From contig CAZHDZ010000001.1 of assembly GCA_964531275.1 (NCBI GenBank), positions 144,945-208,944 on the forward strand: 64,000 nt of DNA. The letters are read 5' to 3'. This DNA is from an uncultured Gammaproteobacteria bacterium (GTDB lineage: Bacteria; Patescibacteriota; Microgenomatia; Levybacterales; GWA1-39-11). Of the stretch, positions 1-10,430 are shown piece after piece. Numbering within the stretch: position 1 is the stretch's first letter; each line of letters begins with the position of its first letter. The notes under the pieces were generated by a model that had not been told where the DNA came from, searched no databases, and saw nothing but the letters and a program-made list of their open reading frames with translations. The translations under genes were made by a program, and so were the position numbers.

Positions 1-451
1 CTCCACTCACATTGGACTTGATGAAGTTGATTCTGGTCAATTTGATAAAGAGGAAAGTATATCCTTTGCAACTGGAGCCTGCCTTTTGTTAAAGCGTGAT
101 GTTATAGATGATTTAGGTCTTTTTGACGAGAGATACTTCTTATACTATGAAGACGCTGATTTAAGCACGAAACTTATTAAAAATGGATATAAGCTGTTAT
201 ATATACCAAAAGGGATTGTTTGGCATAATAACGCAGGTTCTTCTGGTTCGGGGTCGGCTCTTCACGATTACTATTTAACCCGCAACAAGCTAATTTTTGG
301 TATGAAATATGCAAGTCCCAAAGTAAAAATTTTGCTTATGAAAGAGGCAGCAAGAATATTACTGAGTGGGCGAGAATGGCAAAAAAACGCAGTGAAGGAT
401 TATATTATTCGCAAGCTTGGAAAAGGAAGTTATGCGCCTAAAAAAGCATGA
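1..451 (+). CDS. Glycosyltransferase family 2, C-terminal part (5'-truncated by the window edge; the reading frame is open from nt 2)
   Basis: The in-frame translation from nt 2 reads ...SFATGACLLLKRDVIDDLGLFDERYFLYYEDADLS..., which is the classic GT2 C-terminal catalytic region (acceptor loop plus the ED motif). The stop overlaps the next gene's start (ATGA). Confidence 0.75.
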   Translation, partial: STHIGLDEVDSGQFDKEESISFATGACLLLKRDVIDDLGLFDERYFLYYEDADLSTKLIKNGYKLLYIPKGIVWHNNAGSSGSGSALHDYYLTRNKLIFGMKYASPKVKILLMKEAARILLSGREWQKNAVKDYIIRKLGKGSYAPKKA

Positions 452-2094
452 AAAATAAATTGTTATTTCTGGTCATCTTCTTAGGTTTACTTCCGTTATT
501 TAATCTTCTAACTCCTGGACTTCCAATAACACACGATGGAACTGATCACGTAGCTCGCATTGCAAATTTTTATACAGGTCTTTCAGATGGGGTACTATTC
601 CCTAGATGGGGTGGGAATTTGAACTGGGGTTATGGTCATCCCGTTATGATGTTTTTGTATCCATTTTCATCTTATTTGGCTTCCTTTTTTCATTTAGTAG
701 GATTCACATTTGTAGATTCACTGAAAATATTATTTGCATTAGGATTTGTCGCAAGCGGAATAACAATGTATTTATGGGTAAAAGAACAATTCGGAGAAAA
801 ATACGCTGTGGTGAGCGCAGTAATTTATATGTACGCTCCTTATAGGTTTGTAGATCTCTATGTGAGGGGTGCAATAGGAGAGCATATGGCATTTATTTTT
901 CCGCCGCTAATTTTATATTTTGCATATAGATATTTTCAGGACAAACAATATGTGTGTCCGTCGCTTATTGGTATAAGCATATCTTTTGGCCTATTACTAC
1001 TTGCCCATAATGCGATTAGTCTAATGTTCTTTCCTGTATTTTTTCTGTACGTTCTATTTTTGGGGTTAAGTCAAAAAAAATATAAGAAGTTCGTTTTTAT
1101 TGGCCTATCATTTTTGATTGGGTTTTTACTTTCTTCTTTTTTTGTTATTCCAGCTTTCTTAGAAGGTAAATTTACCTTGCGAGATATTGTAACTGGAGAG
1201 GAGTATAAGGATCGATTCATCACGAATCCGCTTTCCTTATTGTATGGAGGATGGAATTATGGAATTACGGGTCAATTTACTACACAAATTGGGTTAGTAA
1301 ATATATTAGGATTGATACTTTCTCCGATATTCTTTTTAAGAAGTAAATCAAAAGAAATGCGAATATTCTTTGGCATTATATTGTTATTGATAGCTTCCTC
1401 GTTATTTCTGACAATTTCATATTCGAATTTTATTTATGATTTAATAACCACATTTAAGAAGTTCCAGTTTCCATGGAGGTTCTTGAGTCTATCTGTATTC
1501 TTAACTGCCGTTCTAACACCAGCAGTTCTTCTTACCATCAAAGACAAAAAGCTACAAAAAATACTCATGGTTTTACTGATACTTATTGCCATTATTCCTA
1601 CCGCTACATATTGGAGAGCAAAGGAGTATAAGACAATTCCAGACTCTTTCTATGAAGGCATATACTACGGTACAACAGACACCGGAGAAAGCGCCCCCAT
1701 ATGGTCAGTAAGATTTATGGAAAGGGTTCCGACTGCACAATCCGAAATTATTGAAGGGAGTGGAAGCATAAAGACAATTAATAGATCGTCTATAGTCCAT
1801 GAATATGAAATAGAAGCCTTCACAAAGTTAAGAGTGAGGGAAAATACGCTATATTTTCCGGGATGGAGCGTGCTTGATAACGGAAAAAAATTAGAAATTG
1901 AATTCCAGGACCCATCGAATAGAGGGCTTATAACGTATTATCTAGAACCTGGCACTCATCAGATAAAGATTGTATTCTTAGATACAAAATTGAGGTCATT
2001 TGCCAATGCACTTTCGATACTTTCCTTAGTAAGTATTATCGGTATGTGCATTTATTTTATTTATCAAAAGTATGGCGCAAGCAAGAAAAAATAA
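448..2094 (+). CDS. Polytopic membrane glycosyltransferase-like protein (GT-C fold), YfhO-like, with an extracytoplasmic C-terminal domain and a C-terminal TM anchor
   Basis: 548 aa with more than 10 predicted TM helices. The C-terminus (YFPGWSVLDNGKK...LEPGTHQIKIVF plus a hydrophobic tail) matches the C-terminal motif shared by the YfhO-like paralogs at 2072, 6542, 37827 and 41462. It is ATGA-coupled to the upstream GT2. Confidence 0.55.
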   Translation: MKNKLLFLVIFLGLLPLFNLLTPGLPITHDGTDHVARIANFYTGLSDGVLFPRWGGNLNWGYGHPVMMFLYPFSSYLASFFHLVGFTFVDSLKILFALGFVASGITMYLWVKEQFGEKYAVVSAVIYMYAPYRFVDLYVRGAIGEHMAFIFPPLILYFAYRYFQDKQYVCPSLIGISISFGLLLLAHNAISLMFFPVFFLYVLFLGLSQKKYKKFVFIGLSFLIGFLLSSFFVIPAFLEGKFTLRDIVTGEEYKDRFITNPLSLLYGGWNYGITGQFTTQIGLVNILGLILSPIFFLRSKSKEMRIFFGIILLLIASSLFLTISYSNFIYDLITTFKKFQFPWRFLSLSVFLTAVLTPAVLLTIKDKKLQKILMVLLILIAIIPTATYWRAKEYKTIPDSFYEGIYYGTTDTGESAPIWSVRFMERVPTAQSEIIEGSGSIKTINRSSIVHEYEIEAFTKLRVRENTLYFPGWSVLDNGKKLEIEFQDPSNRGLITYYLEPGTHQIKIVFLDTKLRSFANALSILSLVSIIGMCIYFIYQKYGASKKK

Positions 2095-4423
2095 CCATTT
2101 CTTATCAGAGTACCTAAAAATGTTAAGAGCTTTTAAATATTTCATTCTGATATTTATAGCTTGGGGGATATTCTCTTCTCCCTTTCTTTTCTTAGGCAAA
2201 ACTCCTTTCCCCTCTGATTATCAAGTAAATTTTTTTCAGCCTTGGACTCAATACCCAGGGATGGCAGGTCCCGTAAAGAACAATGCACAGCCTGATATTG
2301 TTGGTCAAATTTATCCATGGAGGTATTTTGCAATCGATCAACTAAAACATGGTTCAGTGCCATTCTGGAATCCATATAGTTTTGCGGGAACGCCCCATCT
2401 AGCAAATTATCAGTCCGCTGTTCTTTCTTTTTACAATATTTTTTTCCTACTTCCCATAAAATTTATAACTGCGTGGGGAGTGCTCGTATTGCTACAACCA
2501 CTTCTTGCGGGTATATTTACCTATCTTTTTGCAAGAACCCAAAAAATATCAGAGTTAGGTAGTCTACAAGCTGCCATCTCCTTTATGTTTTGCGGCTTTA
2601 TCGTTACATGGATGGGCTATGCAACCTTAGCCTATGCCATACTCCCATTGCCGTTAGCATTTTTTGCTATTGAGAAATTTGTTGGTTCTCAAAGACATAG
2701 GTACGCGATTCTATTATCATTTTGCATTCCGCTCTCTTTTTTTAGCGGTCATTTTCAAACAAGCCTGTACTTTTTAGGTGGGGTAATATTTTATCTAATT
2801 TTTAACTCTATCGTATCGAAAGAGAAAAAGAGATACCTTCATTTATTTGTATATATATTTTTTGGTATTTTATTATGTGCACCACAGGTATTGCCTTCCA
2901 TAGAGTTTTACACCCAAAGCGTGCGAAGCGGATTATTCCAAAAATTTGAGGCAATTCCATGGGGATATTTGCCGACATTTATCGCACCTGATTACTATGG
3001 CAACCCAGTTACAAGAAATGACTGGTTTGGCCATTACGCAGAGTGGAATGGTTATTCAGGCGCAATTACAATTCTTTTGGCATTAGGATCAGCTTTTGTT
3101 GTCAGGAATAAAAAAGTCATATTTTTTGTTTTCTTGCTTATTTTGTCTTTGCTTCTTGCATATGATACACCCCTTTTAACGTTGTTGGTCAATCTAAAAG
3201 TGCCTGTTCTTTCAACGAGTGCAGCAAGTAGGATTGTGGTTTTATTTAGTTTTTCAGTAGCTATATTAAGTGGTTTTGGAATCGATGCGATTACAACAGC
3301 ACTTTCTAAAAGAAGTAAAAAGGTGATCTTGATTGCATCTATTTTTCTTTGTGTATTATTGCTAGTTGCTGTTTTTCCTTTTCTTGGTGTGTTGCCAACA
3401 GATAAAGCTCTAATTGCAAAGAAAAATATGATACTGCCTGTCGGCATTTCAGTATTTGCTATTGTGCTTTTAGCTTTTGCCTATCTTAAAAATACAGGCA
3501 AGATATTTAGAATTCTTCTCATGGGTGTTGTTATTTTATCTCTATTAGAGATGCTACGATTCTCTACCAAATGGCAATCTTTCAATGATACAAAGCTGGC
3601 TTACGTGTCTGTACCTATTACAAAATTTTATAACTCAATGAATCACTACGATCGAGCTATTGGACTTTCAGGGGGAGAAGATGCAGTTTATTATAAAGTA
3701 CCTATTTTAAGAGGGTACGACCCTCTGTACATTGAGCGATATGGAGAGTATGTTGGTTATGTTGCTTATGGAAAGTTGCAGCCACCAGAAAGATCAGTAG
3801 TGAATTTTCCCATAGCTTCAGATAGAACTGCACAAGCTATCTCATTTTTAGGAGTAAAAACTGTTGTCCATAAAATATCTGATGGAACATTCCCATGGGC
3901 ATTTCCATTCGATAAGTATCCACTTCAGCAATTTACAAAAGTATATGAAGATTCAGCATATAGAGTCTTTAGGAATAATAGTGCCCAGGACAAAGTATTT
4001 GTCGTTAATGATGTAAAAATTGTAAAAGAAAAGCAAAAGGCTTTAGACCTTTTATTTTCCTCTGATACAAAAAATACGGCTGTAGTTTCAGAAGAAATTG
4101 GACAAATTGATGCAGCTTCATTGTCATCAGCTAAAGTCGAAAAATATGAACCCAACAGAATAGAAATAAAAGCAAAATCTACGGGAAATAGTTTGCTAGT
4201 ACTTACCGATAATTATTATCCAGGCTGGAAGGCAACGGTTAATGGTATTTCTTCAAAAATTTATATAACTAATTACTCTTTTAGGGGGGTAGTAATACCA
4301 GAAGGTGAAAGTAAGGTCATCTTTTCTTACTTGCCTGAAAGCTTCATGATTGGGGTCTATGTATCTCTTATCGGATTAATGGGTATAATAATTCTTGGAA
4401 TACTGCGGATATTTAAAAAATGA
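2072..4423 (+). CDS. YfhO-family membrane glycosyltransferase-like protein
   Basis: 783 aa. The N-terminal loop reads QPWTQYPG...YPWRYFAIDQLKHGSVPFWNPYSFAGTPHLANYQS, a YfhO-type WNPY..G.P motif. It has many TM helices. The C-terminus reads TDNYYPGWKATVNG...FRGVVIPEGESKVIFSY plus a TM anchor. Confidence 0.7.
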   Translation: MAQARKNNHFLSEYLKMLRAFKYFILIFIAWGIFSSPFLFLGKTPFPSDYQVNFFQPWTQYPGMAGPVKNNAQPDIVGQIYPWRYFAIDQLKHGSVPFWNPYSFAGTPHLANYQSAVLSFYNIFFLLPIKFITAWGVLVLLQPLLAGIFTYLFARTQKISELGSLQAAISFMFCGFIVTWMGYATLAYAILPLPLAFFAIEKFVGSQRHRYAILLSFCIPLSFFSGHFQTSLYFLGGVIFYLIFNSIVSKEKKRYLHLFVYIFFGILLCAPQVLPSIEFYTQSVRSGLFQKFEAIPWGYLPTFIAPDYYGNPVTRNDWFGHYAEWNGYSGAITILLALGSAFVVRNKKVIFFVFLLILSLLLAYDTPLLTLLVNLKVPVLSTSAASRIVVLFSFSVAILSGFGIDAITTALSKRSKKVILIASIFLCVLLLVAVFPFLGVLPTDKALIAKKNMILPVGISVFAIVLLAFAYLKNTGKIFRILLMGVVILSLLEMLRFSTKWQSFNDTKLAYVSVPITKFYNSMNHYDRAIGLSGGEDAVYYKVPILRGYDPLYIERYGEYVGYVAYGKLQPPERSVVNFPIASDRTAQAISFLGVKTVVHKISDGTFPWAFPFDKYPLQQFTKVYEDSAYRVFRNNSAQDKVFVVNDVKIVKEKQKALDLLFSSDTKNTAVVSEEIGQIDAASLSSAKVEKYEPNRIEIKAKSTGNSLLVLTDNYYPGWKATVNGISSKIYITNYSFRGVVIPEGESKVIFSYLPESFMIGVYVSLIGLMGIIILGILRIFKK

Positions 4424-5175
4424 ACAATTTAACAGTAATAATTATCTCAAAAAATGACGAAGAAGTTCTTCCTGAAGCCATAGCCTCTGCAAAAGGTTTT
4501 GGGGAGATAGTAGTAATTGATGCAAGCAACACAGATGATACTCAGCAATTATGCATGAAGCTTAAAGTAAAATGTGTGAGGCATACTTTCAAAGATTTTG
4601 CCGATCAAAGAAATTTTGGTATGTACCATGCATTTAACGAGTGGGTGCTTTTTCTTGACTCTGATGAGAGACTGACTGATCCATTTAAGAAAGAGGTACT
4701 ATCCGTTATCAAGCAATATAATCCTGATAGTGAGATAGCTGGACATTTTATTCATAGAAAGACATTTTTTTATGGAAAAGATTGGAATTTTAGTGATCGC
4801 GTACAGAGACTTTTTTATAGAAAGAAGTTTATCGAATGGGAAGGCGTTGTCCATGAAACCCCAAAAGTAAATGGCAAATTAGGACAGATCGAGGCTCCCG
4901 TTCTTCATTTTACACACAGGCATTTATCTCAAATGGTAAAAAAAACAAACGAATGGTCTTTATATGAAGCAAAATTGAGGATCACCGCACAACATCCTAG
5001 ACTTGCGCCATGGCGCTTCCTAAGAGTGATGGGAAGTGAATTCATAAATTCTTATGTTAAAAATAAGGGCTATAAAAACGGAACACACGGGCTTATTGAA
5101 GGAATTTATCAGTCTTTTTCTATATTTATAACGTATGCAAAGCTTTGGGAACTCCAGCAACAAAAGAAGATTTAG
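4420..5175 (+). CDS. Glycosyltransferase family 2 (WaaE/KdtX-like small GT2)
   Basis: The N-terminus is TVIIISKNDEEVLPEAIASAKGFGEIVVIDASNTDDT, and LDSDE serves as the DxD motif. It is a paralog of the ORF at 21416..22195. Confidence 0.8.
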   Translation: MNNLTVIIISKNDEEVLPEAIASAKGFGEIVVIDASNTDDTQQLCMKLKVKCVRHTFKDFADQRNFGMYHAFNEWVLFLDSDERLTDPFKKEVLSVIKQYNPDSEIAGHFIHRKTFFYGKDWNFSDRVQRLFYRKKFIEWEGVVHETPKVNGKLGQIEAPVLHFTHRHLSQMVKKTNEWSLYEAKLRITAQHPRLAPWRFLRVMGSEFINSYVKNKGYKNGTHGLIEGIYQSFSIFITYAKLWELQQQKKI

Positions 5176-5417
5176 TTTTTTCTAAAATTTAACCACGAAG
5201 AGATTTCCGCAAGTGTCAGTCTTTTCTTAGCAAATTTGAAAAGATAAAGAATTTCAACAATTCCAAATTCGTTAATAGGGATTAATACAAATAGCACAAT
5301 AAACCAGTTACGCTGCTTTCCTTGGGATGCTCTCCAAAGTGCAAACCCTTTTATCGAAAGTTGTATAACAGAAATTATAATAATAAGTGTAAGACTTAAT
5401 GGATCCGGTGTTTTCAT
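5172..5417 (-). CDS. Small hydrophobic protein (2 predicted TM helices), hypothetical
   Basis: An 81-aa minus-strand ORF fills the otherwise empty 308-bp gap between two + strand genes. It is hydrophobic (IIIISVIQLSIKGFALW...FIVLFVLIPINEFGIVEILYLF). No clear SD sequence is present. Confidence 0.35.
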   Translation of the reverse strand: MKTPDPLSLTLIIIISVIQLSIKGFALWRASQGKQRNWFIVLFVLIPINEFGIVEILYLFKFAKKRLTLAEISSWLNFRKN

Positions 5418-5483
5418 AATTAAACTCTAGCATATGAGCTTTTCTTGTGCAATATTGATAGAATATAAAAAAGGATAGAAAGT

Positions 5484-6548
5484 ATGAATATAGGAATTTA
5501 TTCGCCGTATTTAACGACATTAACAGGTGGAGAGAAGTATATATTTACGGCTGCGTCCTGTCTTGCATCTGAGCATAAAGTGTCAATTTTTTGGGATGAC
5601 CCTGATATATTGGAGAAGGCTTCAAGAAAATTTGATCTGGATCTTTCAAAAGTTACCGTTGTCCCTAGTTTATTTTCAGAAAAGACCTCTTTTTTTAAAA
5701 GATTTTTTTCTACGTTCAAATACGACCGTTTGTTGTACCTTTCAGATGGTAGTATCCCAATTGTTCCTTGCCGACTTCTTATACATTTTCAATTTCCTGT
5801 AGAGTGGCTAGATACAAACAGCTTTATTTTTCTTTTTAAAAAGTCGAGGATTTCCAAGATAATATGCAACTCTCATTTCACAAAGCACTTTATTGACAAA
5901 AAATTTAATACTGAAAGTTTTGTGCTGTATCCCCCAGCCTCCACAAATAAAGAAGAAATTGCAGAAAAAGAAAAAATCATACTTACCGTAGGAAGATTTA
6001 GTATGCTTCCGAACGGGACAGATTTTAAAAAACTCTCCTCACTTGTTGAGTCCTTTAAGAAATTTCAGAAAAAAAGACTGAAGGGATGGAAAATGGCCAT
6101 TGTTACAAGTGTTTCTGACGACTCGCTGGAAGCATACAATCAATTCGAGTCAAGCATCAAGAGTTCTTACATAACAGTATATAAAAATGCAGAACACCAA
6201 AAAATTGTTGAGTTGTATAAAAAAGCAAGTATTTATTGGCATGCATCTGGGTTTGGAGAAGACTTGCAGAAGTACCCAGAAAGAGCAGAACATTTCGGTA
6301 TTTCAACCGTTGAGGCGATGTCGTTTGGCGCAGTCCCTATTGTAATTAATTCAGGAGGTCAACCTGAGATTGTGAAGAATAAAGAAAATGGATTTCTATG
6401 GAATGACCAAGAAGAGCTTATAAATCAAACACATAAAGTAGCAGTAGATCAAGATCTGTATAAAAAAATTCAAGAGAGTGCGATTGAGTCTTCACAAAGA
6501 TTTACCAAAGAAAGATTTTGCGAAGAGCTTAGTCATCTCATATGGTAG
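5484..6548 (+). CDS. Glycosyltransferase family 4 (GT-B, retaining)
   Basis: The C-terminal domain motif is EHFGISTVEAMSFGAVPIVINSGGQPEIVKNKENGFL (E-x7-E). A good RBS (AAGGA) lies 8 nt upstream of the ATG. Confidence 0.8.
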   Translation: MNIGIYSPYLTTLTGGEKYIFTAASCLASEHKVSIFWDDPDILEKASRKFDLDLSKVTVVPSLFSEKTSFFKRFFSTFKYDRLLYLSDGSIPIVPCRLLIHFQFPVEWLDTNSFIFLFKKSRISKIICNSHFTKHFIDKKFNTESFVLYPPASTNKEEIAEKEKIILTVGRFSMLPNGTDFKKLSSLVESFKKFQKKRLKGWKMAIVTSVSDDSLEAYNQFESSIKSSYITVYKNAEHQKIVELYKKASIYWHASGFGEDLQKYPERAEHFGISTVEAMSFGAVPIVINSGGQPEIVKNKENGFLWNDQEELINQTHKVAVDQDLYKKIQESAIESSQRFTKERFCEELSHLIW

Positions 6549-8770
6549 AAAAGTTCAAAAAGATATTGTTTCCACTATTTCTCTTAATAGTTATAGCTTT
6601 TTTTTATGCACCCTTTCTGTTGTTTGGAAAGATTCCAATTCCTGCAGATACGTTAGTGGGTCTATACCATCCATACAGAGATTTTTATAGTCGGGAATAT
6701 CCTCGAGGTATCCCTTTTAAAAATTTCTTAATAACAGATCCTGTAAGACAAACATATATTTGGAAAGAACTTTCTATAGATCTTTTGAAAAGGTTGGAAA
6801 TGCCATTATGGAATCCATACGAGATGGCCGGCAAGCCTTTGGCGGGTAACATTCAGTCTTCCCCATACTACCCGTTGAATGTAGTATTCGCCATTTTACC
6901 TATGAGTATAGGATGGGGGGTTTTTATTTTTTCCCAGACAATCCTAAGTAGTATCTTTACGTATCTCTACCTGAGGAATTTGAAACTGAACAATGCCGCC
7001 TCAGCTTTCGGAGCTATAGCATTCTCTTTTAGTGGTTTTGTTGTCGCTTGGTTGACATGGGGAAATGTGGTGCACACAGCGTTATGGTTGCCTCTCGTGC
7101 TTTTGGGTATCGATAAGATAACTTCAAATAGTAAGTATAAAAAAGCATGGATTTTCCTTTTAGCATTTGGATTGTCTAGTGCTCTTTTAGCCGGACATAC
7201 TCAAACATTTTTATACATATTCTTTCTTTCTTTTCTTTATTTTTTACTCAGATGGCGGAAGAACGCAAAGAACTTTATTATTTACATATTAATTTGCTTG
7301 GGTGTGGGAATAGTTACGTTTATTCAGTGGTATCCTTCGTTGATGTTCTTGGCTAACTCCGCAAGGGGAACAGATCGACAATTTCTTGACGTTGAAGGAT
7401 GGTTCATTCCTTGGAAACATCTAGTTCAATTTTTATCACCTGACTTCTTTGGTAATCCAGCCACACTTAACTACTTTGGAATTTTTAATTACGCAGAATT
7501 TGTCGGATATATAGGGGTCTTGCCGATTCTATTTGCATTTCTCGCATTGGTAAAAAGGAATAATACAATTAATTTTTTTGTTGGTGTAGTCTTGTTTTGT
7601 CTTGTTTTTAGTTTGCCTACTGGATTGTCCTCCATTCCGTATCTTTTATCAGTTCCTATTATTTCAAGTTTGCAGCCGACACGTTTGATTTTTTTGATCT
7701 GTTTTGGATTGTCAATCTTATCAGCTTATGGTCTTAACACAATCATGCATGAGAAGTTACGAATCAAAAATCTTCTCTTTCCAGCAATATTTCTAGCTTT
7801 TTGTTATGTGACGCTATTGCTATTTGCAATTTTTCCAAACTCTTCTTTCTTCGAACATGCCCAGCAGGCAAAGATTGCTTTAAGAAATTTAGTTCTTCCT
7901 CTCGCTTTATTTCTTATGGGTGTTGTCTGTATATTTTCTATTGTCTTAATTAAGAATCGTAATATAAAAATGTTTCTCGTTATTGTCTTATTTGCTCTTA
8001 CATCATTTGATCTTACTCGGTTCGCCCAAAAATTCACCCCATTTACATCAAGTGCATATCTGTATCCATCAACAAAAACACTAGAATTTTTAAAGTCAAA
8101 ACAAAATATATTTAGAGTAGCTGTTATGGATCGAAGAATTCTTGCACCAAACTTTTTAACACACTATAAAATACAGACAATTGAGGGTTACGATCCACTA
8201 TATTTGAATGCTTATGCTGAATTTATTGCTTCTCTTGAGAGAGATAAACCTGATATACAACCACCTTTTGGATTTAACAGAATTATTACACCGCATAACT
8301 ACAATTCTCAGATGTTTGATTTTCTTAATACAGAATACGTTTTGTCCTTAGATTCCATTGATTCACCAAAGCTTAAAAAAGTTTTTGAAGAAGGAGAGAC
8401 TAAGATTTATAAAAATTTGGGAGCATATCCACGTGCATTTTTTGTAAAAGATGTTTCCAGTGCTAACAATTCAATAAGACAAATATATAGCAGTGATCTG
8501 AAAAGCACGGCAATCGTTGAAGGTCTTGGCTCAATGACAAATCTAGCTATTGGAGAAGCGAGGATAACTCATTATTCGGAAAGCAGAATTGAAATAAGTA
8601 CGTACAACAAGGGAAATGGATTTTTAGTTATTTCAGACTCATTTTATCCCACATGGAAAGTCTACATAGATGGCAGGAAGACTACGTTATACAAAACAAA
8701 CCACGCATTTAGAGGGGTATATATTCCTGCGGGTAATCACACTATACTATTTAAAGATGGCTTACTGTAA
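6542..8770 (+). CDS. YfhO-family membrane glycosyltransferase-like protein
   Basis: 742 aa. The loop motif is PLWNPYEMAGKPLAGNIQSSPYYP. The C-terminus is SDSFYPTWKVYIDGRKTTLYKTNHAFRGVYIPAGNHTILF. It is a paralog of the ORF at 2072..4423. Confidence 0.7.
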   Translation: MVEKFKKILFPLFLLIVIAFFYAPFLLFGKIPIPADTLVGLYHPYRDFYSREYPRGIPFKNFLITDPVRQTYIWKELSIDLLKRLEMPLWNPYEMAGKPLAGNIQSSPYYPLNVVFAILPMSIGWGVFIFSQTILSSIFTYLYLRNLKLNNAASAFGAIAFSFSGFVVAWLTWGNVVHTALWLPLVLLGIDKITSNSKYKKAWIFLLAFGLSSALLAGHTQTFLYIFFLSFLYFLLRWRKNAKNFIIYILICLGVGIVTFIQWYPSLMFLANSARGTDRQFLDVEGWFIPWKHLVQFLSPDFFGNPATLNYFGIFNYAEFVGYIGVLPILFAFLALVKRNNTINFFVGVVLFCLVFSLPTGLSSIPYLLSVPIISSLQPTRLIFLICFGLSILSAYGLNTIMHEKLRIKNLLFPAIFLAFCYVTLLLFAIFPNSSFFEHAQQAKIALRNLVLPLALFLMGVVCIFSIVLIKNRNIKMFLVIVLFALTSFDLTRFAQKFTPFTSSAYLYPSTKTLEFLKSKQNIFRVAVMDRRILAPNFLTHYKIQTIEGYDPLYLNAYAEFIASLERDKPDIQPPFGFNRIITPHNYNSQMFDFLNTEYVLSLDSIDSPKLKKVFEEGETKIYKNLGAYPRAFFVKDVSSANNSIRQIYSSDLKSTAIVEGLGSMTNLAIGEARITHYSESRIEISTYNKGNGFLVISDSFYPTWKVYIDGRKTTLYKTNHAFRGVYIPAGNHTILFKDGLL

Positions 8771-8772
8771 AA

Positions 8773-9705
8773 ATGGAAGTTGATATTGTAATACCAAACT
8801 ATAACGGAGCTCATTTATTTGAAAAAAACCTACCCAAGGTTCTAGAGGCTCACGATGGGTATAAGGGCAAAATTATTGTTGTTGATGATGGTTCAAAAAA
8901 AGAGGACAAGCAAAGACTTAGGGAAGTTATAGCAGTGATAAAAAGTAATAAGCTAATTCTAGTAGAACATCATCTCAACAAAGGCTTTTCATCAGCCATA
9001 AATACTGGAGTGCATAAATCCGAAGCAAAGTTTGTTGTGCTTTTGAATAGTGATGTTGTTCCTAAGAAAAATTTCCTATTAGCATTACTTGAAAAAATGA
9101 ATTCAGACTCACTGTATTTTGGTGTAGGGTGTCTCGACGAAAGCTATGAGGGTGGAAAAATTGTAAAACGGGGTCGTGGCGTTGGCTCATGGAAGAGTGG
9201 TATGGTTGTTCACAGTAAAGGAGATGAGAGTAGTGAAGAGACATTTTGGATATCTGGTGGTAGTTGTATCTTAAGGCGTGAACTATTTGTAAAACTTGGA
9301 GGGATGGATACGTTATTTAACCCATTCTATTGGGAGGATATAGATCTCTCGTATAGGGCAGTAAAATCTGGATATAAGATATCATTTGATAAGAAATCAG
9401 TTGTAGAACACTATCACAATGAGGGTGCAATAATAACAGGCTTTAAAAAAGAGCGAATAACTCGTGCTGCATATCGAAATCAGTTCATATTTATATGGAA
9501 AAATATCACATCCCCAAATCTGCTTGCAAATCATATTTTGCTTCTTCCAATTAATATGGCAAGAGCATTAAAGAGAAGTGATTTAGAATTTTTTAATGGA
9601 TTATTCCTTGCCCTGATTAAGTTACCTGCTATAATTAAAAGACGTAAGATGCAGCAGAAATTCTACCAACGTTCTGATGCCCAGCTCTTACATAGCATCA
9701 CATGA
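8773..9705 (+). CDS. Glycosyltransferase family 2
   Basis: The sequence contains VDIVIPNYNGAHLFEKNLPKVLEA...IIVVDDGSKKED and FYWEDIDLSYR. Confidence 0.8.
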   Translation: MEVDIVIPNYNGAHLFEKNLPKVLEAHDGYKGKIIVVDDGSKKEDKQRLREVIAVIKSNKLILVEHHLNKGFSSAINTGVHKSEAKFVVLLNSDVVPKKNFLLALLEKMNSDSLYFGVGCLDESYEGGKIVKRGRGVGSWKSGMVVHSKGDESSEETFWISGGSCILRRELFVKLGGMDTLFNPFYWEDIDLSYRAVKSGYKISFDKKSVVEHYHNEGAIITGFKKERITRAAYRNQFIFIWKNITSPNLLANHILLLPINMARALKRSDLEFFNGLFLALIKLPAIIKRRKMQQKFYQRSDAQLLHSIT

Positions 9706-10430
9706 ATTCATCTAAAAAACTTCTTTCTATTGTCATTCCCGTATATAACGAAGAAAAAACAATAGGTATAGTCCTTGATAAGTTGCACAAACTACAAATT
9801 CCAAAACTTGAGGTTGAAATTGTCGTTGTCGATGATGGTTCAAAGGATAACTCTGCAAAAATTATTACTGAAAAAAAGAAAAAGATAGCAAATATCCATT
9901 TTATTCAGCACAAAGTTAACCAAGGAAAAGGTGCGGCGGTTATTACCGGATTTAATAACGCAAAGGGTTCCGTGCTTTTGATACAGGATGCAGATCTTGA
10001 GTATAATCCTGAAGAAATACCTATGCTTCTTGAACCAATTCTGAAAGGTATAGAAAAAGTTGTGTATGGAACTCGGTTGAGACGCAATTTTTCACTTTTT
10101 GGTAAGGAAAGAACCCCGCTCCCATTTCACTTTATTGGGAATAAATTTCTAAGCCTGGCCACAACAGTTCTTTATGGGGAAAGTATTACTGATATGGAAA
10201 CCGGCTATAAACTATTTTTAAAATCTGCACTTGATGGGATTAGTCTTAAGTCGAGATCTTTTGATTTTGAGCCTGAAATCACAGCGAAAATCTTGAAAAA
10301 AGGTATACACATCCTAGAGCTTGATATAACGACGAATCCGCGAGGTTATGATGAAGGGAAGAAAATAAGACCGGTTCACGATGGAACGATCGCACTTTGG
10401 ACACTTATTAAGTATAGATTTACTTCATGA
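9702..10430 (+). CDS. GT2 polyprenyl-phosphate sugar synthase (Dpm1/GtrB/CsbB-like, short form without C-terminal TM helices)
   Basis: The sequence contains LSIVIPVYNEEKTIGIVLDKL...VVDDGSKDNS...LLIQDADLEYNPEEIPMLLEPI, a Dpm1-like architecture. It is embedded among YfhO-like and GT-C genes. Confidence 0.7.
   Translation: MNSSKKLLSIVIPVYNEEKTIGIVLDKLHKLQIPKLEVEIVVVDDGSKDNSAKIITEKKKKIANIHFIQHKVNQGKGAAVITGFNNAKGSVLLIQDADLEYNPEEIPMLLEPILKGIEKVVYGTRLRRNFSLFGKERTPLPFHFIGNKFLSLATTVLYGESITDMETGYKLFLKSALDGISLKSRSFDFEPEITAKILKKGIHILELDITTNPRGYDEGKKIRPVHDGTIALWTLIKYRFTS

Noticed and set aside
606-892. Short ORFs in alternative frames (606..845 +, 704..892 -) inside the YfhO-like gene
   Set aside because: They lie entirely within a long, well-supported membrane-protein ORF. 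Their low-complexity translations (RICRFTENIICIRICRKRNN) are typical of off-frame readings of AT-rich coding DNA.
3052-3447. 131-aa minus-strand ORF inside the YfhO-like gene, and similar antisense ORFs (44773..45183, 41872..42189, 62782..63204, 12351..12650)
   Set aside because: All lie antisense within strongly supported + strand genes, with no conserved motifs. They were treated as non-coding frame artefacts.
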